From an uncultured Gammaproteobacteria bacterium (GTDB taxonomy: Bacteria > Pseudomonadota > Gammaproteobacteria > CAWCPV01): 64,000 bases of DNA. This document shows positions 1-10,580 of this stretch, piece by piece. Below the pieces are notes generated by a model that saw only the letters and a program-made list of their open reading frames with translations, had not been told where the DNA came from and did not search any database. Position 1 is the first letter of the stretch. Every line of letters starts with the position of its first letter. The stretch is taken from positions 64,001-128,000 of the forward strand of contig CAWCPV010000016.1 in assembly GCA_963797555.1 (NCBI GenBank). The letters run 5' to 3'. The translations under genes were made by a program, and so were the position numbers.

Positions 1-84
1 TCGGCGCTCGCGCCCACTGTCGGTGCGTCCAGATGCGTGCTATCGTCTCGCCCTTCTAGCCGGTTCTGCCGAGGATATCCGTCC

Positions 85-984
85 ATGATCCGAAAAGACG
101 TGATCGAGCGGTTTCGCGTCCCACCGGGCAAGAAGGTCCGCCTCAGGGACCACGATAGCGGCTGGGCGCAGACCAAGGAGCTGCGGGAGTTGGGCAAGGA
201 CGCGGTCAAGCAGCGGGCCAAGGAGATCTTGGAGCAGAACCTCGTGGACCTTGCAGAAGCGCAGGAGCGGCTCTATGCCGACGACCGCTATGCTTTGCTC
301 ATCGTGCTGCAGGCCATGGATGCCGCCGGCAAGGACGGCACCATCAAGCACGTGATGTCGGGCGTGAATCCGCAAGGCTGCCAGGTGTTCAGCTTCAAGA
401 AGCCATCCGCCGAGGAGCTGGACCACAACTTCCTGTGGCGCTACATGCGCTCCCTGCCCGAGCGCGGTCGCATCGGCATCTTCAACCGGTCCTACTACGA
501 GGACGTCTTGGTGGTGAAGGTGCATCCCGAGCTGCTCGATGGGCAGAAGCTGCCTGCCGGCAAACACGGCAAGACATTCTGGGAGGCCCGTTACGACGAC
601 ATCAACGCCTTCGAGCACCACCTGGTTCGCAACGGCGTCGTAGTCTTGAAGTTCTTCCTCAACGTCTCCAAGGACGAGCAGAAACGGCGTTTCCTGGAGC
701 GGCTCGATCGCACCGAGAAGAACTGGAAGTTCTCCGCGGCCGATATGGCGGAGCGCGGATTCTGGGACGACTACATGGCGGCCTACGAGGACGCGCTCGG
801 CGCCACCAGTACCGAGTGGGCGCCATGGTACGTCGTCCCCGCCGATCGCAAGTGGGTGACCCGCGCCATGGTCGCCGACATCGTCACCTCCACGCTGCAA
901 GGGCTGGATCTCGAGTACCCGGAAGTGACAGAGACGCAGAGCGAGGCCCTGGCGGCGGCCCGAGAGCGCCTGATGAACGAATAG
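85..984 (+). CDS. ppk2: Polyphosphate kinase 2 family protein (class III-like)
   Basis: Walker A LQAMDAAGKDG, FKKPSAEELDHNFLWR, IFNRSYYEDV, WKFS, APWYVVPAD; ATG at 85. Confidence 0.93.
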   Translation: MIRKDVIERFRVPPGKKVRLRDHDSGWAQTKELRELGKDAVKQRAKEILEQNLVDLAEAQERLYADDRYALLIVLQAMDAAGKDGTIKHVMSGVNPQGCQVFSFKKPSAEELDHNFLWRYMRSLPERGRIGIFNRSYYEDVLVVKVHPELLDGQKLPAGKHGKTFWEARYDDINAFEHHLVRNGVVVLKFFLNVSKDEQKRRFLERLDRTEKNWKFSAADMAERGFWDDYMAAYEDALGATSTEWAPWYVVPADRKWVTRAMVADIVTSTLQGLDLEYPEVTETQSEALAAARERLMNE

Positions 985-1141
985 CGCGACACGGGGACAC
1001 CCGATCGTGATGCCGGAGGGCATGCTGGATGCCCGTGGTTGTGCGAGCGTGTTCGTGCGCGGCCTCTCTGGCAGGAGGCTGGAGTTTTCCCCTCATATGA
1101 TGGGCCAGGCCCCGCGCGTTAATTGCAAGTAAAGAGCCGCC

Positions 1142-2569
1142 ATGACGTCCCTGACCCATCGCACCAAGATCGTCGCCACCATCGGCCCCGCCAGCAGTTC
1201 CGAGGACATTCTTCGGCAGATGATGCTGGCCGGGATGAGCGTGGCCCGTCTCAACTTCTCGCACGGCAGCTACGACGAGCACGCCGAGAGGGTACGTCTG
1301 CTGCGCTCCCTCGCGGCGGAGCTGGATCTGCCCCTCGCCGTGCTGCAGGACCTGCAAGGGCCGAAGATCCGTGTCGGGCAACTGCCGGACGGCGGTGTCC
1401 TGTTGCAGGCGGGCGAAAGCCTCGCCTTGGTGCCGCTTGCCGATTTCACCGGCCGAGCCGACACCGTCGGCATCGACTATCCACTCCTCGCCCAAGAAGC
1501 GATGCCGGGGACCCAGGTGCTGCTCGACGATGGGCTGATCGAGCTGCGCGTCGAGCAGGTGAGGGGCGAGGCGGTCTGGTGTCGCGTCGTCGAGGGAGGC
1601 CGGCTGCGGAGCCGAAAAGGGGTCAACCTTCCCAGTCTCAGCCTGCGGCTGCCTTCGCTCACCGAGAAGGACCAACGGGATATCGAGTTCGGCATCTCTC
1701 AAGGCGTGGATTTCGTGTCGCTGAGTTTCGTGCGCCGCGCCGAGGATGTCCGCGCGCTCAAGGGCCTCCTGCGGCAGCGCGGCGCCGATATCGCCGTAGT
1801 GGCGAAGATCGAGAAGCCGCAGGCCATCGCTGAGCTGGAGGCGATAGTGGCGGAGTCCGACGCCGTCATGGTGGCACGCGGTGATCTGGGCGTGGAGATG
1901 AGCCCGGAGAAGGTGCCGCTCATCCAAAAGCGCATCATCCATCTGTGCAACCAGAGGAAGATTCCGGTCATCACCGCCACCCAGATGCTGGAAAGCATGA
2001 TCCACAACCCGCGCCCGACGCGTGCCGAGGCGAGCGATGTGGCCAACGCGATCATCGACGGCACGGACGCGGTGATGTTGTCGGGAGAATCGGCGGTGGG
2101 CGATTATCCCGTGGAGGCGGTGCGGATGCTGGCGCGCGTCGCAGCCGAGGTCGAGCCCGAGATCCGGTTCACGAATCTCCCGCCGGACCAAGGCAGCGAT
2201 GCTCAGGCGATCTGCGAGGCCGTCAACGCCATCGCGCGCACGCTGCCGCTGCAGCTCATCGTGGCCTTCACCCAGACGGGTTATACCGCCAGGCTAGTGG
2301 CCGAAGAGAGGCCCTCCGCCCCGGTGGTAGCGCTCACCGAAAGCCCCAACGTGTATCGCCGGCTCAGCCTGGTCTGGGGGGTGAGGCCGATCTTGCTGGA
2401 GCGGCCCATCCCATCGTCCGAGGCGCTGTTGCGCGAGGTCGATGCCTGCCTGCTGGAGCGCGCGTTGGCGACCGTCGGCGACAAGATCCTGGTGGTCGGC
2501 GGCTTGCCCATGGGCAGACCGGGTGGCACCAACTTCGTGAAGATCCACGGCATCGGGACGAGCGCATAA
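1142..2569 (+). CDS. pyk: Pyruvate kinase
   Basis: RTKIVATIGPAS, RLNFSHG, DLQGPKIR, MVARGDLGVE, ATQMLESM, VMLSGESAVG. Confidence 0.97.
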   Translation: MTSLTHRTKIVATIGPASSSEDILRQMMLAGMSVARLNFSHGSYDEHAERVRLLRSLAAELDLPLAVLQDLQGPKIRVGQLPDGGVLLQAGESLALVPLADFTGRADTVGIDYPLLAQEAMPGTQVLLDDGLIELRVEQVRGEAVWCRVVEGGRLRSRKGVNLPSLSLRLPSLTEKDQRDIEFGISQGVDFVSLSFVRRAEDVRALKGLLRQRGADIAVVAKIEKPQAIAELEAIVAESDAVMVARGDLGVEMSPEKVPLIQKRIIHLCNQRKIPVITATQMLESMIHNPRPTRAEASDVANAIIDGTDAVMLSGESAVGDYPVEAVRMLARVAAEVEPEIRFTNLPPDQGSDAQAICEAVNAIARTLPLQLIVAFTQTGYTARLVAEERPSAPVVALTESPNVYRRLSLVWGVRPILLERPIPSSEALLREVDACLLERALATVGDKILVVGGLPMGRPGGTNFVKIHGIGTSA

Positions 2570-3005
2570 ACGGACACGAGGAAACCGACTCTGGATCGAG
2601 GCGCAGCCCCACCGGGCGGCACCGCCGCGATTCCGTGCGGCGCGCATCGGCAACGGTGTCAGGAGGTCTCAGCCCTGTGGCTCGCGCTAGCAGGACCCCG
2701 ATAGTTCGGACGCCAACCCGGTATTTCGTGCCGCGAAGCGGCAAATGGACCACCTCGATGCCCGATAGTTGTCTCTCTAAGACGCTCAATTCCAAGAACT
2801 CCACCACCCGGCTGACAGCTCGGCAAGCAGACGGCACGGGGCTTGCGTGTGTGCTCGGCAGCGCTTAGGCTTCGCCTCAAGCATGAGATGCCTCGCAGAC
2901 GCCGTCTCCGCCTTGTCTCCACCGAGACCGGATGACTGGCGAGGCCTGCGGGCTCCTGCTACTGAACGCACGAAGTTTTCGACCACTTGACGAGGAGGAG
3001 TCGGC

Positions 3006-5402
3006 ATGTCCGTAACCGCAAGAAGACTGGAGACTCGGCAGGGTCCGCTGACGGAGGAGGAGCTGAAAAGGATCGACGCCTGGTGGAGGGCCTGCAACTA
3101 CCTGAGCATCGGCATGATCTACCTCAAGGACAACCCGCTGCTGAAGGAGCCCTTGAAACCCGAGCATATCAAGCACCGCTTGCTGGGGCACTGGGGTGCC
3201 AGCCCGGCGCTGTCCTTCGTCTGGGCCCACCTGAACCGGGTGATCAAGGCGCATGATCTCGACATGATCTTCGTCGCCGGTCCGGGGCACGGTGCGCCGG
3301 GCGTCCTGGGGCCGGCCTATCTGGAAGGTACCTACTCGGAGGTTTATCCCGACAAAAGCGAGGACGAGGAGGGGCTGGGCAAGTTCTTCAAGCAGTTCTC
3401 CTTCCCGGGTCATATCGGCAGCCACGTCACCCCGGAGACGCCGGGCTCCATCCACGAGGGCGGCGAGCTCGGCTACAGCCTCTCCCACGCTTACGGCGCG
3501 GCGCTGGACAACCCCGACCTCATCGTCGCCTGCGTGGTGGGAGACGGCGAGGCGGAGACCGGACCGCTCGCGACCGCCTGGCACTCGAACAAGTTCTTGA
3601 ACCCCGTCCGCGACGGAGCCGTGCTGCCAATCCTGAACCTCAACGGCTACAAGATCGCCAACCCCACCCTCCTGGCCCGCATCAGCCACCAAGAGCTGGA
3701 GGCGCTGTTCGTCGGCTACGGCTACCGGCCCTACTTCGTCGAGGGCTCGGACCCGGCCGAGATGCACCAGAAGATGGCGGCCACGCTGGATGCAGTGGTC
3801 GAGGAGATCCGCGCCATTCAGGGCAAGGCGCGCGAATCAGGGACGGCCGAGCGCCCGCGCTGGCCGATGATCGTGCTGCGCACCCCGAAGGGCTGGACCG
3901 GGCCGAAGGATGTCGACGGTCACAAGGTAGAGGGCTTCTGGCGCTCCCACCAGGTGCCCATGGGGGCGGTGCGCGAGAATCCGGCGCATCTCAAGCTGCT
4001 GGAGGAATGGATGCGGAGCTACCGGCATGAGGAGCTGTTCGATGCCGACGGTCGGCTCGTCCCCGAGCTGAAGACGCTCGCCCCGAGCGGCGGGCGGCGC
4101 ATGAGTGCCAACCTGCATGCCAACGGGGGTTTGCTGCGCAAGGAGCTGAGGCTGCCCGACTTCCGCGCCTACGCCGTGAACCTCCCCGAGCGCGGCACCC
4201 TGCGCCACGAGAACACCCGGCCCCTGGGCGAGTTCTTGCGGGACGTAATGAGGAACAACCCGGCGCGCTTCCGGGTGTTCGGCCCCGACGAGACCGCCTC
4301 CAACCGGCTGCAGGCCCTCTACGAGGTCTCCAAGAAGACCTGGATGGCGGACATGCTGCCGGAGGACGCCGACGGCGGCGAGCTCGCGCGCGACGGTCGG
4401 GTGATGGAGATGCTGTCCGAGCACACCTTGATCGGCTGGCTGGAGGGCTACCTGCTCACCGGGCGGCACGGCCTCTTCCATACGTACGAGGCCTTCGCCC
4501 ACGTGGTCGATTCCATGTTCAACCAGCATGCCAAGTGGCTGGACATCTCCAAGAACCACGTCCCGTGGAGAGCGTCGGTCGCCTCCGAAAACATCCTGCT
4601 CTCCTCCACGGTGTGGCGGCAGGATCACAACGGCTTCTCTCATCAGGACCCAGGCTACGTCGATCTCGTCACCAACAAGAGCCCGTCGGTGACGCGCGTA
4701 TACTTCCCGCCGGATGCCAACACTCTGCTGGTGGTGGCGGATCAGTGCCTGCGCTCGACCGACTGCATCAACGTCATCGTCGCCGACAAGCAGAAGCACC
4801 TGCAGTTCACCACCATCGACGACGCCATCATCCACTGCGCCAAGGGCATCGGCATCTGGGCGCGGGCCAGCACCGACCAGGGCGAGGAGCCCGACGTGGT
4901 GCTCGCCTGCTGTGGCGACGTGGTCACCATGGAGGCGCTCGCGGCCGCGGCCATTCTGCGCGAGCGCGTGCCGGATCTAAAGCTGCGCTTCGTCAACGTG
5001 GTGGATCTGTTCAAGCTGCAACCGGCCTCGGAGCACCCGCATGGCTCGACCGAACGCGAGTTCGACAGCCTGTTCACCACGGACAAGCCGATCATCTTCA
5101 ACTTCCACGGCTATCCCTGGCTCATCCACAAGCTCGCCTACCGCTTCACCAACCACGGCAATTTGCACGTGCGCGGCTACAAGGAGAAGGGCAACATCAA
5201 CACGCCCTTGGAGCTTGCGATGCTGAACGAGACCTCGCGCTTCCACCTGGTGATCGACGTCATCGACCGCGTGCCCAGGCTGCGGACGAAGGCGGCCCAC
5301 CTCAAGGAGGAGATGAAGAACGACATCATCGACAACCTGCGCTATGCGCGCGAGGAAGGCACCGACCGGGAGGAACTCACCGGCTGGACCTGGCCTTATT
5401 GA
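3006..5402 (+). CDS. xfp: Phosphoketolase (Xu5P/F6P)
   Basis: [53 protein letters not shown]; GAGGAG RBS. Confidence 0.96.
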   Translation: MSVTARRLETRQGPLTEEELKRIDAWWRACNYLSIGMIYLKDNPLLKEPLKPEHIKHRLLGHWGASPALSFVWAHLNRVIKAHDLDMIFVAGPGHGAPGVLGPAYLEGTYSEVYPDKSEDEEGLGKFFKQFSFPGHIGSHVTPETPGSIHEGGELGYSLSHAYGAALDNPDLIVACVVGDGEAETGPLATAWHSNKFLNPVRDGAVLPILNLNGYKIANPTLLARISHQELEALFVGYGYRPYFVEGSDPAEMHQKMAATLDAVVEEIRAIQGKARESGTAERPRWPMIVLRTPKGWTGPKDVDGHKVEGFWRSHQVPMGAVRENPAHLKLLEEWMRSYRHEELFDADGRLVPELKTLAPSGGRRMSANLHANGGLLRKELRLPDFRAYAVNLPERGTLRHENTRPLGEFLRDVMRNNPARFRVFGPDETASNRLQALYEVSKKTWMADMLPEDADGGELARDGRVMEMLSEHTLIGWLEGYLLTGRHGLFHTYEAFAHVVDSMFNQHAKWLDISKNHVPWRASVASENILLSSTVWRQDHNGFSHQDPGYVDLVTNKSPSVTRVYFPPDANTLLVVADQCLRSTDCINVIVADKQKHLQFTTIDDAIIHCAKGIGIWARASTDQGEEPDVVLACCGDVVTMEALAAAAILRERVPDLKLRFVNVVDLFKLQPASEHPHGSTEREFDSLFTTDKPIIFNFHGYPWLIHKLAYRFTNHGNLHVRGYKEKGNINTPLELAMLNETSRFHLVIDVIDRVPRLRTKAAHLKEEMKNDIIDNLRYAREEGTDREELTGWTWPY

Positions 5403-5431
5403 CCGGCCAAGCCAAGCAGGTCGAGGCGCAA

Positions 5432-6187
5432 ATGAGCGAACCGGACTCCGGCAAGCGAGCCCCTGCGACGGTCAGCCTGGCCGACGAGGAGGGCGTGAAG
5501 CGGATACTGGTCGACACCGTATTCGGCCTGTGGGGTATCGTCAACAACCTGACCAGGCTGCGCCCATCCCGGCGCGAGCGTTACCGGGTCACCATCTTCG
5601 GGTCGGCGCGGGCGCAGCCGGGGGACTTCGTCTATGGCGAGGTGAAGCGTGCGGCCAGAGCGTTCGCAGAGATGGGCTGCGACATCGTCACCGGCGGCGG
5701 GCCGGGCCTGATGCAGGCCGCCAACGAGGGCGCGGACGAGGCCACGGTGACCGGGCGCGGGCAGAGCATCGGTATCCGCGTGGACCTGCCCTTCGAGCAG
5801 GAGGTCAACCCCTTCGTGGAGCAGGCATTCGAGCACCAGAGCTTCTTTACCCGGCTGCACCACTTCGTGCTGGTCTCGGATGCGTTCGTCGTCGTTCCCG
5901 GAGGCATCGGCACCGTCCTCGAATCGATGATGATCTGGCAGCTCTTGCAGGTGAGGCACCTGTACGAGACGCCGCTCATCTTCGTCGGCCCCATGTGGTC
6001 CGAGCTGGTGGACTGGGCGCGGCGCTATATGCTGCGGCCCGGCTTCGAGCTGGCGAAGCCGGAGGACCTGACGATCCCGCGCTGCGTCGATAGCGCAGAC
6101 GAGGCCATCGCCATCGTCCGCGAGCGCCACGCCCAGTGGCGCCTCGGGCACGCCGACGGTCGAGCGCACGCAGCAGCACAGGATTAA
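5432..6187 (+). CDS. LOG family nucleotide phosphoribohydrolase
   Basis: VTIFGSAR, TGGGPGLMQAANEGA, PFEQEVNPFV, PGGIGT..E; C-terminal part of ORF 4535..6187. Confidence 0.88.
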   Translation: MSEPDSGKRAPATVSLADEEGVKRILVDTVFGLWGIVNNLTRLRPSRRERYRVTIFGSARAQPGDFVYGEVKRAARAFAEMGCDIVTGGGPGLMQAANEGADEATVTGRGQSIGIRVDLPFEQEVNPFVEQAFEHQSFFTRLHHFVLVSDAFVVVPGGIGTVLESMMIWQLLQVRHLYETPLIFVGPMWSELVDWARRYMLRPGFELAKPEDLTIPRCVDSADEAIAIVRERHAQWRLGHADGRAHAAAQD

Positions 6188-6246
6188 CAGTCACAACGCC
6201 CCACCCTGCCTGGCAACCACCCCTGCGACTGGACGAGGAACCCTTG

Positions 6247-8739
6247 ATGACCGCGATCATGACGCAGACGCCGACCGATGCGGAGCCTATGCGCGCCGAA
6301 TCCTCCGCCGAGACCCTGAAGCGCGCGATCCTCGATAACGTCCTGTACGTCCAGGGCACGTTCCCGCGCTTCGCCACCCGCAACGACTACTACATGGCGC
6401 TCGCCCACGCGGTGCGGGACCGGCTGCTGCGCCATTGGGTCAACACGATAGCGGCCTATCTCAATCAGGACGTCAAGGTAGCCTGCTACCTGTCGGCGGA
6501 GTTCCTGATGGGTCCCCAGCTCGGCAACAACCTGGTGAACTTGGGCATCACCGCCGAGGTGCGCGAGGCGGTGAGCGCGCTTGGCCTCGACCTGGACGAG
6601 CTGCTCGCGCACGAGGAGGAGCCCGGGCTCGGCAACGGCGGGCTGGGACGGCTCGCCGCGTGCTTTCTGGACTCCCTCGCCACCCTGGAGATGCCCGCCA
6701 TCGGGTACGGCATCCGCTACGAGTTCGGCATCTTCGACCAGGCCATCCGCGACGGCTGGCAGGTGGAGGTCACGGACAAGTGGCTGCAGCTCGGCAATCC
6801 CTGGGAGATCGCCAAGCCCGAGCTGGCGCTCTACGTCGGCTTCGGCGGCCATACCGAAGGCTATCACGACGACCAGGGTCGCTACCGGGTGCGCTGGGTC
6901 CCCGCGCACGTGGTGAAGGGCGTCCCCCACGACACGCCCGTCCTCGGCTACCGGGTCGGCACCTGCAACACCTTGCGGCTGTGGGCGGCCGAGGCGGCCG
7001 AGTCGTTCGATTTCCAGGCCTTCAACGTGGGCGACTACTACCGGGCGGTGGAGGACAAGGTGATGCTCGGAGACCATCACCAAGGTGCTCTATCCCAATG
7101 ACGAGCCGGAGGTCGGCAAGCGCCTGCGGCTCGCCCAGCAGTACTTCTTCGTGTCCTGCTCGCTGCAGGACATGCTCCGCATGCACAAACAGCGCTCGGA
7201 CAGGCCCATCGAGGACTTTCCCGGCCTTGTGGGCGGTCCAGCTCAACGATACCCATCCCTCCATCGCCGTGGCCGAGCTGATGCGGCTGCTGGTGGACGA
7301 GCAGCTACTGGCCTGGGAGCAGGCATGGGACATCACCCAGCGCACCTTCGCCTACACCAACCACACCCTGCTGCCAGAGGCCCTGGAGACCTGGCCGCTC
7401 CCTCTGTTCGCGGAGTTCTTGCCGCGCCACCTGGAGATCATCTACGAGATCAACCGCCGTTTCCTGGACGAGGTGAGGCGCCGCTACCCCGGTGACGATG
7501 CGCGTGTCGCGCGTCTGTCCCTGATCGATGAGGGCGGGGAGAAGCGCGTGCGCATGGCCAACCTGGCCTGCGTGGGCAGCCACGCCATCAACGGTGTGGC
7601 CGCGCTGCATACCGAGTTGCTGAAGAAGAGCGTCCTGAACGACTTCTACGAGCTGTGGCCGGAGAAGCTTCAGCAACAAGACCAACGGCGTGACCCCTCG
7701 GCGCTTCATGGTGCTCTCCAATCCAGGTCTCGCAGCGCTCATCACGCGCACCATCGGCGAAGGCTGGGTGACACATACCGAAGAGCTGCGCCGGCTCGAG
7801 GCGTACGCCGACGACCCGGCTTTCCAGACCGCCTGGCGCGAGGTGAAGCTCGCCAACAAACGCCGGCTCTCCGACTACATCCGCGCGCACACCGGGATCA
7901 CCCTCGACCCGGAGTGGCTCTTCGACATCCAGGTGAAGCGCATCCACGAGTACAAGCGCCAGCACCTCAACGTGCTGCACATCATCACGCTATACCAGCG
8001 CCTCAAGGCCAACCCCGCGCTCACGGTGCCGCCGCGGACCTTCATCTTCGGCGGCAAGGCGGCGCCGGGCTACTTCATGGCCAAGCGCATCATCAAGCTC
8101 ATCAACGCGGTGGCGGAGGTCGTGAACCAGGACCCGGACGTGAACCGCCGCCTTCGGGTCGTCTTCTTCCCGAACTTCAATGTGCAGAATGGCGAGCTGA
8201 TCTACCCGGCCGGCGATCTGTCCGAGCAGATCTCCACTGCCGGCAAGGAGGCGTCGGGCACCGGCAACATGAAGTTCACCATGAACGGCGCGCTCACCAT
8301 CGGTACCCTGGACGGCGCCAACGTGGAGATCCGCGAGGAGGTCGGGGCGGAGAACTTCTTCCTGTTCGGCCTTGAGGTGGAAGAGGTCAACGCGCTGCTG
8401 GCCCAGGGCTACCGGCCGTGGGAGCAGGCGGAGTCCAATCCCGAGCTGGGAGGCGTGCTGCACCTCCTCGGCTCCGGCCACTTCGCCCACGGTGATGCCG
8501 AAGTATTCCGGCCGCTGGCGGATAGCCTGTGGCAATGGGACCCCTATCTCGTGCTCGCCGACTACGCCTCTTACATCGCCTGTCAGGAGCAGGTCAGTGC
8601 CGCATGGCAGGACCCGCGGCGCTGGACGCGCATGTCCATCCTGAACAGCGCGCGCTCGGGCAAGTTCTCCTCGGACCGGGTTATACGCGAGTACTGCGAG
8701 GAGATCTGGGGTGTGAAGCCGGTGCCGGCGGAGAGGTAG
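6247..8739 (+). CDS. glgP: Glycogen/starch phosphorylase, three frameshifts (~7066, ~7222, ~7668)
   Basis: [52 protein letters not shown] spread over successive frames. Confidence 0.93.
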
Positions 8740-8861
8740 CCACATCCCCGCCCAAAAACGGCACGGGACAACCCGGAGGCGCGGGTAACCCGCGGTCCGC
8801 CGCCTCCTCGCAAGGAGGAAGCGCAGTGAGCGCTCAAGAGCCGAAGCGCCAGGAGGATGCT

Positions 8862-9146
8862 ATGGCTGAATTGACGAAGGACAACGGGGTGCTTGGAGCA
8901 CTGGTAGTAGAGGTTGAGTCGCACCGGCTACCGCGCCTGATCGAGCTCAAGAAGAAGGTCGATGACGGCCACGCGCTCGATGACGCCGATATCCAGTTTC
9001 TCGAGGAATTTCAGCGTACTGCGAGTTTGAGCTCCGTCCAGCACTTGATAGAGCAGCATCCCGAGTACGAGGACTTGTTCTCGCGTGTCGTGGATCTCTA
9101 TTCAGAGATCGTCGCCACGGCGTCGAAGAACGAAAAGGAGGCATAG
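8862..9146 (+). CDS. Small helical hypothetical protein (94 aa)
   Basis: AGGAGG RBS before ATG; protein-like sequence (RLPRLIELKKKVDDG...). Confidence 0.7.
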   Translation: MAELTKDNGVLGALVVEVESHRLPRLIELKKKVDDGHALDDADIQFLEEFQRTASLSSVQHLIEQHPEYEDLFSRVVDLYSEIVATASKNEKEA

Positions 9147-9509
9147 CCTCCCGACCGTGCTCCTAGCAGACGCTACGGGGCACACGCCGCAGGCGCTTCA
9201 GTGCATGACCGGAAACAGTATGCGCACATACAGCGCCGAGACCGGCGTTAGACCGCGGCCGTGCGCGCTGACAACCGAGAAAGAATAGCCGTAGCTTTGA
9301 ATACAACTTGTTTCTCTTCCATACGATTTTGGGCCGGCCTCGATGGAACCATTGCGAACATCCGTGCCAAATCCATCCATATTGCACCACTGAATACACA
9401 TGACTATGCTGCGCGATGCAGTGCATGGCAAGGGCAGGGCGGCCATGCCGATGCGGCCCGCCCTTGCAAGCAGAACGTCACGTTATCGCCCCTGCGGAAG
9501 GGAGTGCCA

Positions 9510-10580
9510 ATGTTCAAGTCTCTCTTAGCAGCCACCTTGATCGCCGCGACCCTCACGGGCTGCGGTAAGACAGTACCACCCACCGCCCAGGCCCGGCCCG
9601 TCCGAACGGTCACCGTGGAGCGCGGCGCGGAAGGGGAGACCGTCTCGCTGACCGGCCAGGTTCGAGCCAAGAACCACGTCAGCCTCGCCTTTCGCCTTGA
9701 CGGACGCATGACCGAGCGGCCCGTCAATGTGGGCGATGTGCTCACGGCGGGCCAGGTCGTCGCCCGGCTCGACCCCCAGATCCAGCAGAACACGCTGCGC
9801 TCGGCGCAAGCCAACCTCTCGTCGGCCGAGGCGCAGCTGACCGAGGCGCGCCTCACCTTCTCGCGGCATGAGAAGCTCTTGAAGTCTGGCGCGACGTCCC
9901 GTGCCAAGTACGACGAAGCCCAGCAGACCTTGCGGAGTGCCCAGGCCCAGGTCGACTCCGCTCAGGCACAGGTGCGCATCGCGGAGGAACAGCTAGGCTA
10001 CACGACCTTGTCTGCCGATGCCCCTGGTCAGGTGACCGCGGTCGGCGCCGAACCGGGCGAGGTGGTTCGCGCCGGGCAGATGATCGTGCAGCTCGCGCGT
10101 CAGGGCGGGCGCGACGCCGTCTTCGACGTGCCCGAGCAGCTCATTCGGACCGGCCCCCGCGACCCCGTAGTGGAGATCGCCCTCACCGACGATCCCAAGG
10201 TGAAGGCGACCGGCCGCGTTAGGGAGGTCGCGCCCCAGGCCAATGCCGCCACAAGGACCTTCGAGTTCAAGGTCGGCCTGATCGATCCGCCGGAGGCCAT
10301 GCACCTGGGCTCCACCGTCACCGGCCGCATCCGGCTGGCCCCGCCCCCCGGGGTGGAGGTTCCGGCGAGCGCGCTGACCGAGGCGGACGGACACCCGGCG
10401 GTGTGGGTGGTCGATCCGCACGACCAGACCGTGTCGCTGCGCAGTGTGACTGTCCTGCGCTACGACGCAACGAGCGTCGTCATCTCGGAGGGACTGGAAC
10501 GAGGCGACGTCGTGGTGACCGCCGGGGTGCACGTGCTGCGCCCGGGCCAGAAGGTCCGGCTCCTCGGCGCCGCCCGATGA
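9510..10580 (+). CDS. RND efflux periplasmic adaptor (MFP), lipoprotein
   Basis: Lipobox LTGC, LAFRLDG, lipoyl-like halves, hairpin, VPASAL; ATGA overlap with the permease. Confidence 0.92.
   Translation: MFKSLLAATLIAATLTGCGKTVPPTAQARPVRTVTVERGAEGETVSLTGQVRAKNHVSLAFRLDGRMTERPVNVGDVLTAGQVVARLDPQIQQNTLRSAQANLSSAEAQLTEARLTFSRHEKLLKSGATSRAKYDEAQQTLRSAQAQVDSAQAQVRIAEEQLGYTTLSADAPGQVTAVGAEPGEVVRAGQMIVQLARQGGRDAVFDVPEQLIRTGPRDPVVEIALTDDPKVKATGRVREVAPQANAATRTFEFKVGLIDPPEAMHLGSTVTGRIRLAPPPGVEVPASALTEADGHPAVWVVDPHDQTVSLRSVTVLRYDATSVVISEGLERGDVVVTAGVHVLRPGQKVRLLGAAR

Noticed and set aside
2640-2837. Minus-strand peptide VVEFLELSVLERQL...RTIGVLL resembling a LysR C-terminus
   Set aside because: Short, no start or HTH; resemblance too weak without a search
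4535-5431. 550-aa ORF suggesting a long LOG fusion
   Set aside because: The N-terminal 299 codons overlap xfp out of frame; the real start is 5432
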